Assembly (NCBI GenBank): GCA_001303585.1
Contig: LJTT01000007.1
Location: 74,031 to 138,030, forward strand
Origin: Betaproteobacteria bacterium SG8_41
GTDB taxonomy: Bacteria; Pseudomonadota; Gammaproteobacteria; Burkholderiales; SG8-41
Direction: 5' to 3'
Length of the DNA: 64,000 nt
Shown here: positions 17,136-26,352 of the stretch, piece by piece
How positions within the stretch are numbered: the first letter of the stretch is position 1
Layout of the letters: each line of letters opens with the position of its first letter
Position numbers and translations under genes: made by a program
Notes under the pieces: generated by a model
What the model was told of the DNA's origin: nothing
The model's database searches: none
What the model saw: the letters and a program-made list of their open reading frames with translations, nothing else

Positions 17136-19628
17136 CTACTCGGCCTCCCGCAGGGCCGTTACCGGCGGGCGCGACAGTGCAGCACGCGCACCGGCCAATG
17201 CGTTGACCGCAACGCAGGCGGCGCCCAGAGCTGGACCCCACAGCCACAGCCAGGGATTCGGCCAATACGGGAGGCTCAGCACGCGCTCGGCGAGCAAGGC
17301 GCCGATCCCGGCCGCGCCCGCGGCCGAGAGGATTCCCGCGGCCAGCCCGATGGCGATGAATTCGGCGCGTTGAGCGGCCGTGACCTGAGAACGGCTTGCA
17401 CCGAGCGCCCGCAGCAACGCGGCCTCGCGCACGCGCTCGTCCTCCGTGGCCATGAGCGCCGCATAGAGCACCAGCAGGCCTGCGGCAAGTGCGAACAGGA
17501 ACACCACCTGTACGGCCTGGACGACGCGTTCAATCACGGCCAGCGCCTGGCGCAGGATCACGCTCATATCGACCACCGTGAGATTGGGAAACGCTTGCGT
17601 CAACTCGTTCATATCCGCCGCGTGCGAGCCCCCGAGGTGAAAGCTCGTGATGTAACTCGTCGGGTAGCGCTCGAGCAGCGGCGGGGTGGCGATGACGAAG
17701 AAATTGACCTGCATCGAATCCCAGTCGAGCTTGCGTATGTTCGTGGCCGGCGCAGTGAACGAACGCCCCCCCACGGACCAGGTGAGCCGGTCACCGACCT
17801 CGATTCCCAGCCTCTTCGCAATCCCCTGCTCCACCGAGAACGCGCCGCTTGCGCGGTCCGCCGCCGTAAACCAGCGCCCCGCCTCGATCCGGTTGTGCGC
17901 CGGAAGCTCGTTCATGTAGGAAAGATTGAACTCCCGCTCGACCAGGCGCCGGGTGCGCTCCTCATCGTAGCGCTCCGCGCTGACTTCCACGCCGTTGATC
18001 GCCAGCAGCCGGCCACGGATCATCGGGTAGATCGTGACAGGCGGCAGGTTGCGCTCGCGGAAGAAACGCGCCAGTGGCTCGCGTTGCTCCGGCTGAATGT
18101 TCAGTATGAAACGATTCGGCGCGTCCGGCGGCGTTTTTGCGCGCCAGGCAGCGAGCAGATCGGCGCGGGTTACGGTAAGCAGCAGGATCGCCGTCAATCC
18201 CAGCGCGAGCGCCAATATTTGCACCGTGCTCTGCGACGCGCGGCGCCTGAGGTTAGCCAACCCGTAGCGCCAGGCGATGCCGCCCAATGCGCCCGTGCCG
18301 GCGATCAGCCTGAGCGCACCGTAACTGATGACCGCGAAGGCGATGGCCGCCATTGCGAACCCACCGAGCACGTAGCCGCCGAGCATCGCGTCTCCAGCCT
18401 GCCACAGCACGAGCCCAGTGAGCGCCACAAAGCCGGCCGCGTAGGAAACGAGCTGGCGCTCGCGCGGGGGGCCGATGTCCCGACGCAGCACGCGCAGCGC
18501 TGACACGTCCTTCAGTTGCATCAGCGGCGGCAGGGCGAAACCCAGCAGCAGCACAAAGGCCAGCAGCACGCCCTGCGCTGCGGGAACCCACGAGGGCGGA
18601 GGCAATTCGGCGGCGACAAACTCCGTGAGGCCGCCCGCCAGCAGCTGCTGCGTGCCGAAGCCCAGCGCGCAACCTATCGCCGAGGCGATCAGCCCGAGCG
18701 CGGTGAATTCCCACGCAAACAGCCAGAACAGCTGCCACTGGCTCGCCCCCAGGCAGCGCATCACTGCGTAGTTGTCGAAGTGGCGCCGCGTGTAGCGCCG
18801 CGTGGCAAGACCAATCGCAACGGCAGCGAGAATCACCGCCAGCAACGCCGTCAGGCCGAGGAACTGTTGCGCCCGGTCGAGGCCCGCGCGGATCTCAGGC
18901 CGGGCCGAATCGAGGCCTTCCAGCCGCTCGCCGCGGCCGATCCGGGCCTTGGCCCAGCGCTTGTAGGCCTCTACCACCTCGCGTTCGCCCGCGACCAGGA
19001 GCCCGTAGCGCACGCGGCTTCCCACCTGGATCAACTCGGTGCGGGGCACGTCGGCCACGTTCATGATGAGCCGCGGCGCGAGGTTGAAGAAACTGACTCC
19101 GCGGTCGGGCTCGAGCGTCAGGATGGCGCCGATATCGAATTGCGCCGCGCCCAATTCCAGTTGCATTCCGACCCGGGCGTTCAGCGCGGCGGCGAGGCGC
19201 TCGTCGATCCACACGCTCCCCGACGGTGGCCCTCCGCCCGCGTCCGCATCCGGTGCATTGGGCGCCGGTGCGATGCGCAGCTTGCCGCGCGCCGGGTAAT
19301 TCTCGCTCACAGCCTTAACCCCGGTGAGCTGCATCGCCTCTCCGTAGCGGGACATGCTGATGAAACGGGTGCGAAGGGCAACGGTCAGCCCCCGGCGCTG
19401 CGCTTCCGCAATAAATTGCAGCTCGAGTGGATGGTCTGCGGTGATCAGCAGGTCGCCGCCGAGCAGTTGATGGGCATCGCGCACCAGCGCTTGGCGCACG
19501 CGGTCAGCGAAGAAAGACACGCTGGTGACGCTCGTCACCGCCACGACGAGCGCGAGCGCAAGGAGCTTGAGCTCGCCTGCGCGCCAGTCCCGAGCGAGCA
19601 TGCGCCAGGCAATGCCGATGCGTCCCAT
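17136..19628 (-). CDS. FtsX-family ABC transporter permease (YbbP-like, duplicated FtsX domains)
   Basis: ~830 aa with many TM helices. ATG 19628 shares its A with the TGA of the upstream ATPase gene (TGATG). The ORF track extends it to 19682. Confidence 0.85.
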   Translation of the reverse strand: MGRIGIAWRMLARDWRAGELKLLALALVVAVTSVTSVSFFADRVRQALVRDAHQLLGGDLLITADHPLELQFIAEAQRRGLTVALRTRFISMSRYGEAMQLTGVKAVSENYPARGKLRIAPAPNAPDADAGGGPPSGSVWIDERLAAALNARVGMQLELGAAQFDIGAILTLEPDRGVSFFNLAPRLIMNVADVPRTELIQVGSRVRYGLLVAGEREVVEAYKRWAKARIGRGERLEGLDSARPEIRAGLDRAQQFLGLTALLAVILAAVAIGLATRRYTRRHFDNYAVMRCLGASQWQLFWLFAWEFTALGLIASAIGCALGFGTQQLLAGGLTEFVAAELPPPSWVPAAQGVLLAFVLLLGFALPPLMQLKDVSALRVLRRDIGPPRERQLVSYAAGFVALTGLVLWQAGDAMLGGYVLGGFAMAAIAFAVISYGALRLIAGTGALGGIAWRYGLANLRRRASQSTVQILALALGLTAILLLTVTRADLLAAWRAKTPPDAPNRFILNIQPEQREPLARFFRERNLPPVTIYPMIRGRLLAINGVEVSAERYDEERTRRLVEREFNLSYMNELPAHNRIEAGRWFTAADRASGAFSVEQGIAKRLGIEVGDRLTWSVGGRSFTAPATNIRKLDWDSMQVNFFVIATPPLLERYPTSYITSFHLGGSHAADMNELTQAFPNLTVVDMSVILRQALAVIERVVQAVQVVFLFALAAGLLVLYAALMATEDERVREAALLRALGASRSQVTAAQRAEFIAIGLAAGILSAAGAAGIGALLAERVLSLPYWPNPWLWLWGPALGAACVAVNALAGARAALSRPPVTALREAE

Positions 19629-20320
19629 CACCGTTCTCCGTCGACGACGCGTCCGCCCGCGAGGCGGATTTGGCGCGCGCACCGACCGGCGAGCATTTCG
19701 TCGTGCGTGACCAGGACCAATGTGGTCCCGTGCTCCGCATTCAAGGCGAACAACAGATCGATGATGCCCTTTCCGGTGGCGGCGTCGAGATTCCCGGTTG
19801 GCTCGTCAGCGAAGAGCACCTTGGGCTGAACGACGAACGCGCGCGCCAGCGCAACGCGCTGCTGCTCGCCGCCAGAGAGGTATTTGGGGTAATGGCCGAG
19901 CCGGTCGCCCAGGCCCACCCGCTCGAGCATCGCCCGCGCCTGAACCTCGGCGTCGCCCTGCTCGGCAAGCTCGAGCGGCAGCATGACGTTCTCCAGGGCG
20001 GTCAGCGGCGCGAGCAGCTGGAAAGACTGGAAGACGAAACCGACCAGACGCTTGCGCAGCGCGGCGCGCCCGTCCTCATCCAGCGCAAAGAGCTCGACGC
20101 CGTCCAGGCGCACGCTGCCCCGCGATGCCGTATCCAGTCCCGCGAGTAACCCAAGCAAAGTGGATTTGCCCGATCCTGATGCCCCGACGACGGCCACTGC
20201 CTCACCGGGCATGACGGCAAGGTCGATATCCTGCAAAATCGTGAGAGTCGAGTCGCCGTTGGGGACGATCTTGGTCAGTCCCGCTGCGCGAACGATCGGC
20301 TCATCAATGCGCTCAATCAT
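19628..20320 (-). CDS. ABC transporter ATP-binding protein (YbbA-like)
   Basis: Walker A GASGSGKST, signature LSGGEQQR, Walker B LFADEPTGNLD. Confidence 0.9.
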   Translation of the reverse strand: MIERIDEPIVRAAGLTKIVPNGDSTLTILQDIDLAVMPGEAVAVVGASGSGKSTLLGLLAGLDTASRGSVRLDGVELFALDEDGRAALRKRLVGFVFQSFQLLAPLTALENVMLPLELAEQGDAEVQARAMLERVGLGDRLGHYPKYLSGGEQQRVALARAFVVQPKVLFADEPTGNLDAATGKGIIDLLFALNAEHGTTLVLVTHDEMLAGRCARQIRLAGGRVVDGER

Positions 20321-20927
20321 AAGAAAGCTTTTATTTGCCGTTCTGCTGTGGTTCGCCAGCGGCGCGGGCTACGCCGCGACTCTGCTCGTCCTGGGCGACA
20401 GCCTTTCCGCTGCCTACGGCATTGGCCCCAGGGAAGGCTGGGTCTCCCTACTAGAAGAGCGTCTGAAGCAAAAAAGGTTCGATTATAGCGTCGTAAATGC
20501 CAGTATTTCTGGCGAAACTACCAGCGGAGGGGCGACCCGGATTGGGGAAGCGCTGGAGCGCGAGCGCCCGGCCGTCGTCATCGTTGCCCTCGGGGGCAAC
20601 GATGGCTTGCGCGGCCTGCCGGTCAGCCAGATGAAGGCGAATCTCTCGCGCATCGTGACGGCAGCCAAGGGCAGTGGCGCGCGAGTGCTGCTCGTGGGTA
20701 TCCGGGTGCCGCCGAATTATGGGCCGCGCTATGCTCTAGATTTCGAGGGCGTATTCGTCGCGGTCGGCAAGCAGCACCGCGTCCCGCTGGTGCCTTACAT
20801 ACTCCAGGGAATTGGAGACCGCCGCGAGCTCATGCAGGATGACAATATCCATCCGACGGCGGCCGCGCAGCCAAGGATACTCGAGAACATCTGGCCTAAG
20901 CTTGAGCCCTTGCTCGAACGCAAGTGA
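20307..20927 (+). CDS. tesA: SGNH/GDSL arylesterase-thioesterase (TesA-like), secreted
   Basis: Signal peptide MRSIIRKLLFAVLLWFASGAGYA, then LVLGDSLSAAYG (GDSL block), GGNDGLRG and DNIHP blocks. The upstream part of the listed ORF is antisense to ybbA. Confidence 0.85.
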   Translation: MRSIIRKLLFAVLLWFASGAGYAATLLVLGDSLSAAYGIGPREGWVSLLEERLKQKRFDYSVVNASISGETTSGGATRIGEALERERPAVVIVALGGNDGLRGLPVSQMKANLSRIVTAAKGSGARVLLVGIRVPPNYGPRYALDFEGVFVAVGKQHRVPLVPYILQGIGDRRELMQDDNIHPTAAAQPRILENIWPKLEPLLERK

Positions 20928-21007
20928 ACGGTGTTAGCTCACGCAGAAGACACGCGGCTTTTCTTGCGGGCAACAGCTCACCGATCAGTGGTCACTGATG
21001 ACCGCCT

Positions 21008-22066
21008 CTAGGTGACGACGACCCTCGCCTCTCCGGCTAGAAACGATCCAATGACGGCCGCTTGATTGAATCCCTGCTTCCTGAAGATCTCCAGCACCGT
21101 TGGCGCACTCGCGGCGTCGCAGGCGACCAACAGCCCGCCGCTGGTTTGGGGATCCGTGAGAATATTTCGTTCCCAGACCGGTTGGCCGCTTGGCGTCTCG
21201 ACGGCGGAACCGTAACTCGTCCAGTTCCGGTCGGACGCGCCCGTGGTGTAGCCATCCTGCGCCAGGTGCCGCGCCGCGGACAGGAGCGGAATCGCCTTGA
21301 AACTCACGCGGGCCTGGAGCTTCGAGCCCCGGCAAATCTCCAGCAAATGCCCGAGCAGGCCGAAGCCCGTGATATCGGTGAGAGCGTGAACGCCATCCAT
21401 CGCGGACAACTCCGGACCCGGCGTGTTGAGCTGCGTCGTCGAGTCAATCATCTGCTGGTAGGCCTTATCCCGCAGCTCGCCCTTCTTCAGTGCGGCACTG
21501 AGGATGCCCACGCCCAGCCCCTTGCCCAGGATCAGCACATCGCCCTCACGTGCGCGGTCGTTGCGCTTTACCCGGTCCGGGTGCACCAGCCCCAGCACGA
21601 CCAGCCCGTACATCGGCTCTGGTGCGTCGATCGAGTGCCCGCCCGCGATGGGAATGCCGATACCGGCGCAGACGTCATGGCCGCCCGCAACGATGGCGCG
21701 CACCGCATCAACGGGCAGCTTGCCGACCGGGATGCCCAGCAAGGCCAGCGCCATAAAAGGCTTTCCGCCCATCGCGTACACATCCGAGATCGCATTGGTG
21801 GCGGCAATACGGCCGAAATCGTAAGGGTCGTCCACGATCGGCATGAAGAAATCGGTCGTTGCGACCACTGCCTGCGTGTCGTTCAGGCGATAGACCGCCG
21901 CATCGTCGCTCGACTCAGTGCCGACCAGCAGGTCCGGAAAGGCCTTGGCGACCGGTGTGCCTGCAAGAACTTCGCTCAGCAACGCTGGCGTGAGCTTGCA
22001 CCCTCACCCGCCGCCATGCGACAGTTGCGTCAGGCGGACGGGCGCGACTTCTGAAGGCTTGTTCAT
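21008..22066 (-). CDS. selD: Selenide, water dikinase SelD, selenocysteine-containing (in-frame UGA at 22006..22004)
   Basis: Translation from ATG 22066 reads MNKPSEVAPVRLTQLSHGGG-UGA-GCKLTPALLSEVLAG, continuing into the listed ORF. It aligns with E. coli SelD ...LTQYSHGAGCGCK, with the UGA at Cys17. Confidence 0.85.
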
Positions 22067-22148
22067 GGGTGTACCTTAAACTGTGTGCTGGCGCGCGCAA
22101 TCATCACAAACCGAGCTGCCAGGAAAATGCGATGCGACAGGAAATTCC

Positions 22149-23222
22149 GTGCGTGGACCAGCGATCGTTACCGTAGCACAACTGCCCGAATTTGACGAGT
22201 TGATCGACGTTCGCTCCGAGTCCGAGTTCGGGGAAGACCACATTCCGGGGGCGGTGAACTGCCCCATCCTCGACGACGCCGAGCGCGCCCGGGTGGGCAC
22301 CCTCTACAAGCAAGTCTCGCCCTTCGAAGCCAAGAAGATCGGCGCTGCGCTCGTCAGCGCGAATATTGGACGCTACATTCAGGCGCGTTTTCTCGACCGC
22401 CCGCGCGAATGGCGTCCGGTGTTCTACTGTTGGCGCGGTGGCGAACGCAGCGGAGCGTTCGCGCACGTGATGGCCCAGATTGGCTGGCGCGTTGGCCGGC
22501 TCGACGGCGGCTACAAGGCCTATCGCCGGGCAGTGGTGGCCGACCTCTCCGCGCTACCGCGCAAATTCAGCTGGCGTGTCGTATGCGGCCTTACCGGTAC
22601 GGGCAAGAGCCGGCTGCTGCACGCGCTCGGCGATGCGGGCAGTCAGGTGCTCGACCTCGAGGCACTCGCTGCCCATCGCGGATCCGTGCTGGGCGGACTT
22701 CCCGAGGAAGCCCAGCCGTCGCAGAAATTATTCGAGAGCCGCATCTGGAGCGCATTGCATCGATTCGATGCGAAGCGCCCTGTCTACGTCGAAGCCGAGA
22801 GCAAAAAAGTCGGAGACCTGCGCGTACCCGAGGCCTTGATCGCGTCGATGTGGGTGAGCGAGTGTGTCGTCATCGAAGCGACCCTGCCGGTTCGAGTGGC
22901 ATTGCTCAAGGAGGAGTACGCGCATTTCCTCGAACAACCCGAGAAACTCATCGCGAAACTCGAGTGCCTGACCTCGCTGCACGGGCGCGCGGTGATCGAC
23001 CGCTGGCGGGAACTCGCCCTGGCACGGCAGTGGGACGAGCTCACCGCGGATCTGCTGGTGAAACATTACGACCCCGCCTATACGCGCGCGATCACGAAGC
23101 ACTACCCTGCGCTGCCGCGCGCCTTGAAATTGGCCGCGCTCGGTGCAGACGAGCATGAATTCCAGTCGCTGGCGCGCCGCTGTATCGAAGCCGAAAAGAA
23201 ATCAACACTCCCGGGGGCCTGA
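22149..23222 (+). CDS. selU: tRNA 2-selenouridine synthase (SelU/MnmH/YbbB)
   Basis: Rhodanese part LIDVRSESEFGEDHIPGAVN...CWRGGERS and P-loop GLTGTGKS. The ORF opens at GTG 22083, only 16 nt from the selD ATG. GTG 22149 has AGGA upstream and matches the E. coli N-terminal length better. Confidence 0.85.
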   Translation: MRGPAIVTVAQLPEFDELIDVRSESEFGEDHIPGAVNCPILDDAERARVGTLYKQVSPFEAKKIGAALVSANIGRYIQARFLDRPREWRPVFYCWRGGERSGAFAHVMAQIGWRVGRLDGGYKAYRRAVVADLSALPRKFSWRVVCGLTGTGKSRLLHALGDAGSQVLDLEALAAHRGSVLGGLPEEAQPSQKLFESRIWSALHRFDAKRPVYVEAESKKVGDLRVPEALIASMWVSECVVIEATLPVRVALLKEEYAHFLEQPEKLIAKLECLTSLHGRAVIDRWRELALARQWDELTADLLVKHYDPAYTRAITKHYPALPRALKLAALGADEHEFQSLARRCIEAEKKSTLPGA

Positions 23223-23232
23223 TGAATCCCGT

Positions 23233-23267
23233 CGATTCGCGATTCACGATGCACGATTTACGGATCT
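23233..23267. repeat. Heptad-periodic tract filling the selU/deacetylase spacer
   Basis: CGATTCG CGATTCA CGATGCA CGATTTA CGGATCT. It ends directly at the GTG start at 23269. Confidence 0.65.
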
Positions 23268-23268
23268 T

Positions 23269-24150
23269 GTGAAGCTCGCGCTCCGCATCGAAGTGGCCAC
23301 GCTGCGCGGAACCCGGGAAGCGGTCCCGCGCCTGCTATCCGTGCTAAAGGAGCATGGCGCGGGCGCAACTTTTTTGTTCAGCCTGGGGCCCGATCGCACC
23401 GGTCGCGCCCTCGGCACGCTGCCACGTGTCCCGCGATTTCGCTGCTATGGGCTCCCGGCATTGCTCTCCGGAACGCTCCTGCCAGCCGCGGACATCGGCG
23501 CCCGTTGCGCCGACGTCATGCGCGCCGTCCGTGATGAAGGATTCGAGCCCGGAATTCATGCGTACGACCGCGTCGCCTGGCTGCATCACAGCCTTCGGGG
23601 CGATGCCGCATGGACTCACGGCGCGATGACTCGCGCCTGCCAACGTTTCGAGGAAATTCTTGGCACGCCTGCGCTCTCGCACGGCGCGCCGGGCTGGCTC
23701 ATGAACCGCTACGCCTTCCGGCAGACGCAACGCCTCGGCTTCCGGCATGGGTCGGATACCCGCGGCAGCGGCCCCTTCGTGCCAATCCTCGACGGGGAAA
23801 TCGTTGCCTGTCCGCAGCTTCCGACGACACTGCCCACGCTCGACGAAGTGCTAGGATCCAAAGGCGTCACCACTGCAACTGCCGCGGAACGGCTGCTGGA
23901 GTTGAGCCGCGATCCGCCGGAGACCGGGCATGTCTACACCCTGCGCGCCGAAGTGGAAGGCACCGTATTCGAGCCAGTTCTGCGCACGCTGCTCTCGGGA
24001 TGGCGCGCGCTCGGCTATGAGCTGGTTGCGCTTCAGGATTACGCAACCGGGCTCGACGCAGCAAGCCTGCCGCGCAGCATAGTCGAGACGCAAATCCTGC
24101 CGGGTTGCCGCCGCCCTGTCTCGGTGCAAGGCCGGGAGTTTCTGGCTTAA
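23269..24150 (+). CDS. Polysaccharide deacetylase family protein, ArnD-like
   Basis: VKLALRIEVATLRGTREAVPRLLSVLKEHGAGATFLFSLGPDRTG aligns with the E. coli ArnD N-terminus ([24 protein letters not shown]...FFSVGPDN). The start was moved to GTG 23269 because the upstream ORF part overlaps selU. Confidence 0.75.
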   Translation: MKLALRIEVATLRGTREAVPRLLSVLKEHGAGATFLFSLGPDRTGRALGTLPRVPRFRCYGLPALLSGTLLPAADIGARCADVMRAVRDEGFEPGIHAYDRVAWLHHSLRGDAAWTHGAMTRACQRFEEILGTPALSHGAPGWLMNRYAFRQTQRLGFRHGSDTRGSGPFVPILDGEIVACPQLPTTLPTLDEVLGSKGVTTATAAERLLELSRDPPETGHVYTLRAEVEGTVFEPVLRTLLSGWRALGYELVALQDYATGLDAASLPRSIVETQILPGCRRPVSVQGREFLA

Positions 24151-24219
24151 CTTGCGTCGGTGAACGCTTTCGGTCAACATTACACGGGGCCGTCGCACGA
24201 CGGATACCCGAACTGAAGA

Positions 24220-24678
24220 ATGCTAGATCAGCCAGCGCCTGACTTCGAATTGCCCGCCACCGGCGGCGAGACCTTCCGCCTCACGAGCGCCAAAGGCAAG
24301 CCTCTCGTCCTCTACTTTTATCCGAAAGACAACACTCCCGCTTGCACGACTGAAGGCCAGCAGTTTCGAGACCTTCATTCCGAGTTCGCGCGGCTCGGGT
24401 GCGCCGTTTACGGGATATCGCGCGACAGCCTGAGATCACACGAGAATTTCAAGGCCAAGATGGGCTTCCCGTTCGACCTGCTTTCCGACGCCGACGAAAT
24501 CGCCTGCAAGGCGTTCGCCGTCATCAAGATGAAAAACATGTACGGCAGAAAGGTGCGCGGCATCGAGCGCAGCACTTTCGTCATCGATGCCGGCGGGATC
24601 GTGCGGCGAGAATGGCGCGGAGTCAAGGTGCCAGGGCACGCGCAGGAAGTGCTCGAGTTCGTCAAGTCGATCAAATGA
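24220..24678 (+). CDS. bcp: Thiol peroxidase Bcp (peroxiredoxin)
   Basis: FYPKDNTPACTTEG peroxidatic Cys motif; 152 aa. Confidence 0.9.
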   Translation: MLDQPAPDFELPATGGETFRLTSAKGKPLVLYFYPKDNTPACTTEGQQFRDLHSEFARLGCAVYGISRDSLRSHENFKAKMGFPFDLLSDADEIACKAFAVIKMKNMYGRKVRGIERSTFVIDAGGIVRREWRGVKVPGHAQEVLEFVKSIK

Positions 24679-24685
24679 ATGAGCG

Positions 24686-24836
<151 letters not shown>

Positions 24837-24843
24837 GAGGTTC

Positions 24844-26271
24844 ATGATCCACCGCAAAACCAGTGCTGTCATCAGTCGTCTCCCCTCCTCCGCGACCCGG
24901 CTTTTCGTGCTCGACACCAACGTCCTCATGCATGACCCCACCTGCCTGTTCCACTTCGAAGAGCACGATCTCTATATCCCGATGGCCATACTGGAGGAGC
25001 TCGACAACAACAAGAAGGGGATGTCGGAAGTCTCGCGCAACGCACGGCAGGCAAGCCGGTTCCTCGATGAGTTGATCAACCACTCCGAGGGCAAGATCGC
25101 CGATGGCATCGCCCTGGCACTCCACGGCGACAAGACCGCGACCGGTCGGGTTTTCCTGCAGACCGAGGCTATCACCGGCGAGCTGCCGGCACGGCTCGCG
25201 AGCGGCAAGGTCGACAACCAGATTCTCTCCGTCGTCAGGCACCTGCAGGACACTCATCCCGGCCGTGAGGTTATTCTCGTATCGAAGGACATCAACATGC
25301 GCATCAAGGCGCATGCATTGGGTCTTTCGGCGGAGGATTACTTCAACGACAAGGTCCTTGAGGACACCGACCTTCTTTATTCCGGGACGCGCGAGTTGCC
25401 GACCGACTTCTGGGACCAGCACGGGCGCGACATGGAGTCCTGGCAGCAGGCAGGTCAAACCTTCTACCGCGTGCAGGGTCCGCTGTGCTCAAAGCTGCTG
25501 GTGAACGAGTTCGTCTATCTGGAGGGAGATCGCCCGTTCTACGCCCAGGTCAAGGAAGCCAATGGCAAGACGGCGGTTCTGCAGACGCTCCGCGATTATG
25601 CGCAGCAGCGCCACAACGTGTGGGGCATCATCGCGCGCAACCGCGAGCAGATTTTCGCGTTGAACGCGCTGATGAACCCTCAGATCGATTTCGTGACCCT
25701 TCTCGGGCAGGCCGGCACGGGGAAGACGCTGCTCACTCTGGCCGCGGGACTTATGCAGACGCTGGAGCACAAGGTCTACACCGAGATCATCATGACCCGC
25801 GTGACGGTCCCGGTGGGAGAGGACATTGGCTTCCTCCCCGGAACCGAGGAAGAGAAGATGAACCCGTGGATGGGAGCGCTCGAGGACAATCTCGACGTTC
25901 TAAACAAGACCGACGATGAGGCCGGCGAATGGGGACGCGCAGCCACGCGCGATCTGATTCGCTCGCGCATCAAGGTCAAGTCGCTCAATTTCATGCGCGG
26001 GCGCACATTCATACACAAATACCTCATCATCGACGAGGCGCAGAACCTGACGCCAAAGCAGATGAAGACGCTGATTACCCGCGCCGGACCGGGGACCAAA
26101 GTGGTCTGCCTGGGCAATATCGCCCAGATCGACACGCCTTATCTGACCGAGGGCAGCTCGGGCCTGACCTACGTGGTGGACCGTATGAAGGGCTGGGCAC
26201 ACAGCGGGCACGTCACGCTCATGCGCGGCGAGCGCTCGCGCCTGGCAGACCACGCCGCCGAAGCCCTTTAG
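24844..26271 (+). CDS. PIN-domain plus PhoH-like ATPase fusion (PhoH2/YlaK type)
   Basis: N-terminal PIN (FVLDTNVLMHDP...ILEELD) and C-terminal PhoH NTPase (GQAGTGKTLL, IIDEAQNLTP). Confidence 0.85.
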   Translation: MIHRKTSAVISRLPSSATRLFVLDTNVLMHDPTCLFHFEEHDLYIPMAILEELDNNKKGMSEVSRNARQASRFLDELINHSEGKIADGIALALHGDKTATGRVFLQTEAITGELPARLASGKVDNQILSVVRHLQDTHPGREVILVSKDINMRIKAHALGLSAEDYFNDKVLEDTDLLYSGTRELPTDFWDQHGRDMESWQQAGQTFYRVQGPLCSKLLVNEFVYLEGDRPFYAQVKEANGKTAVLQTLRDYAQQRHNVWGIIARNREQIFALNALMNPQIDFVTLLGQAGTGKTLLTLAAGLMQTLEHKVYTEIIMTRVTVPVGEDIGFLPGTEEEKMNPWMGALEDNLDVLNKTDDEAGEWGRAATRDLIRSRIKVKSLNFMRGRTFIHKYLIIDEAQNLTPKQMKTLITRAGPGTKVVCLGNIAQIDTPYLTEGSSGLTYVVDRMKGWAHSGHVTLMRGERSRLADHAAEAL

Positions 26272-26275
26272 CGCA

Positions 26276-26339
26276 GTTCAAGGTTCCAGGTTTCCAGTTC
26301 CGTGTTCGAACCTTGAACCTTGAACCTTGAACCTTGAAC
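26276..26339. repeat. 64-nt imperfect palindrome made of heptads, between convergent phoH2 and dnaB
   Basis: Left arm: GTTCAAG GTTCCAG GTTTCCA GTTCCGT GTTC. Right arm: GAACCTT x4 then GAAC. By my count 23 of 32 positions are complementary. A CGCGC-GGAA-GCGCG hairpin follows at 26339-26352. Confidence 0.85.
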
Positions 26340-26352
26340 GCGCGGAAGCGCG

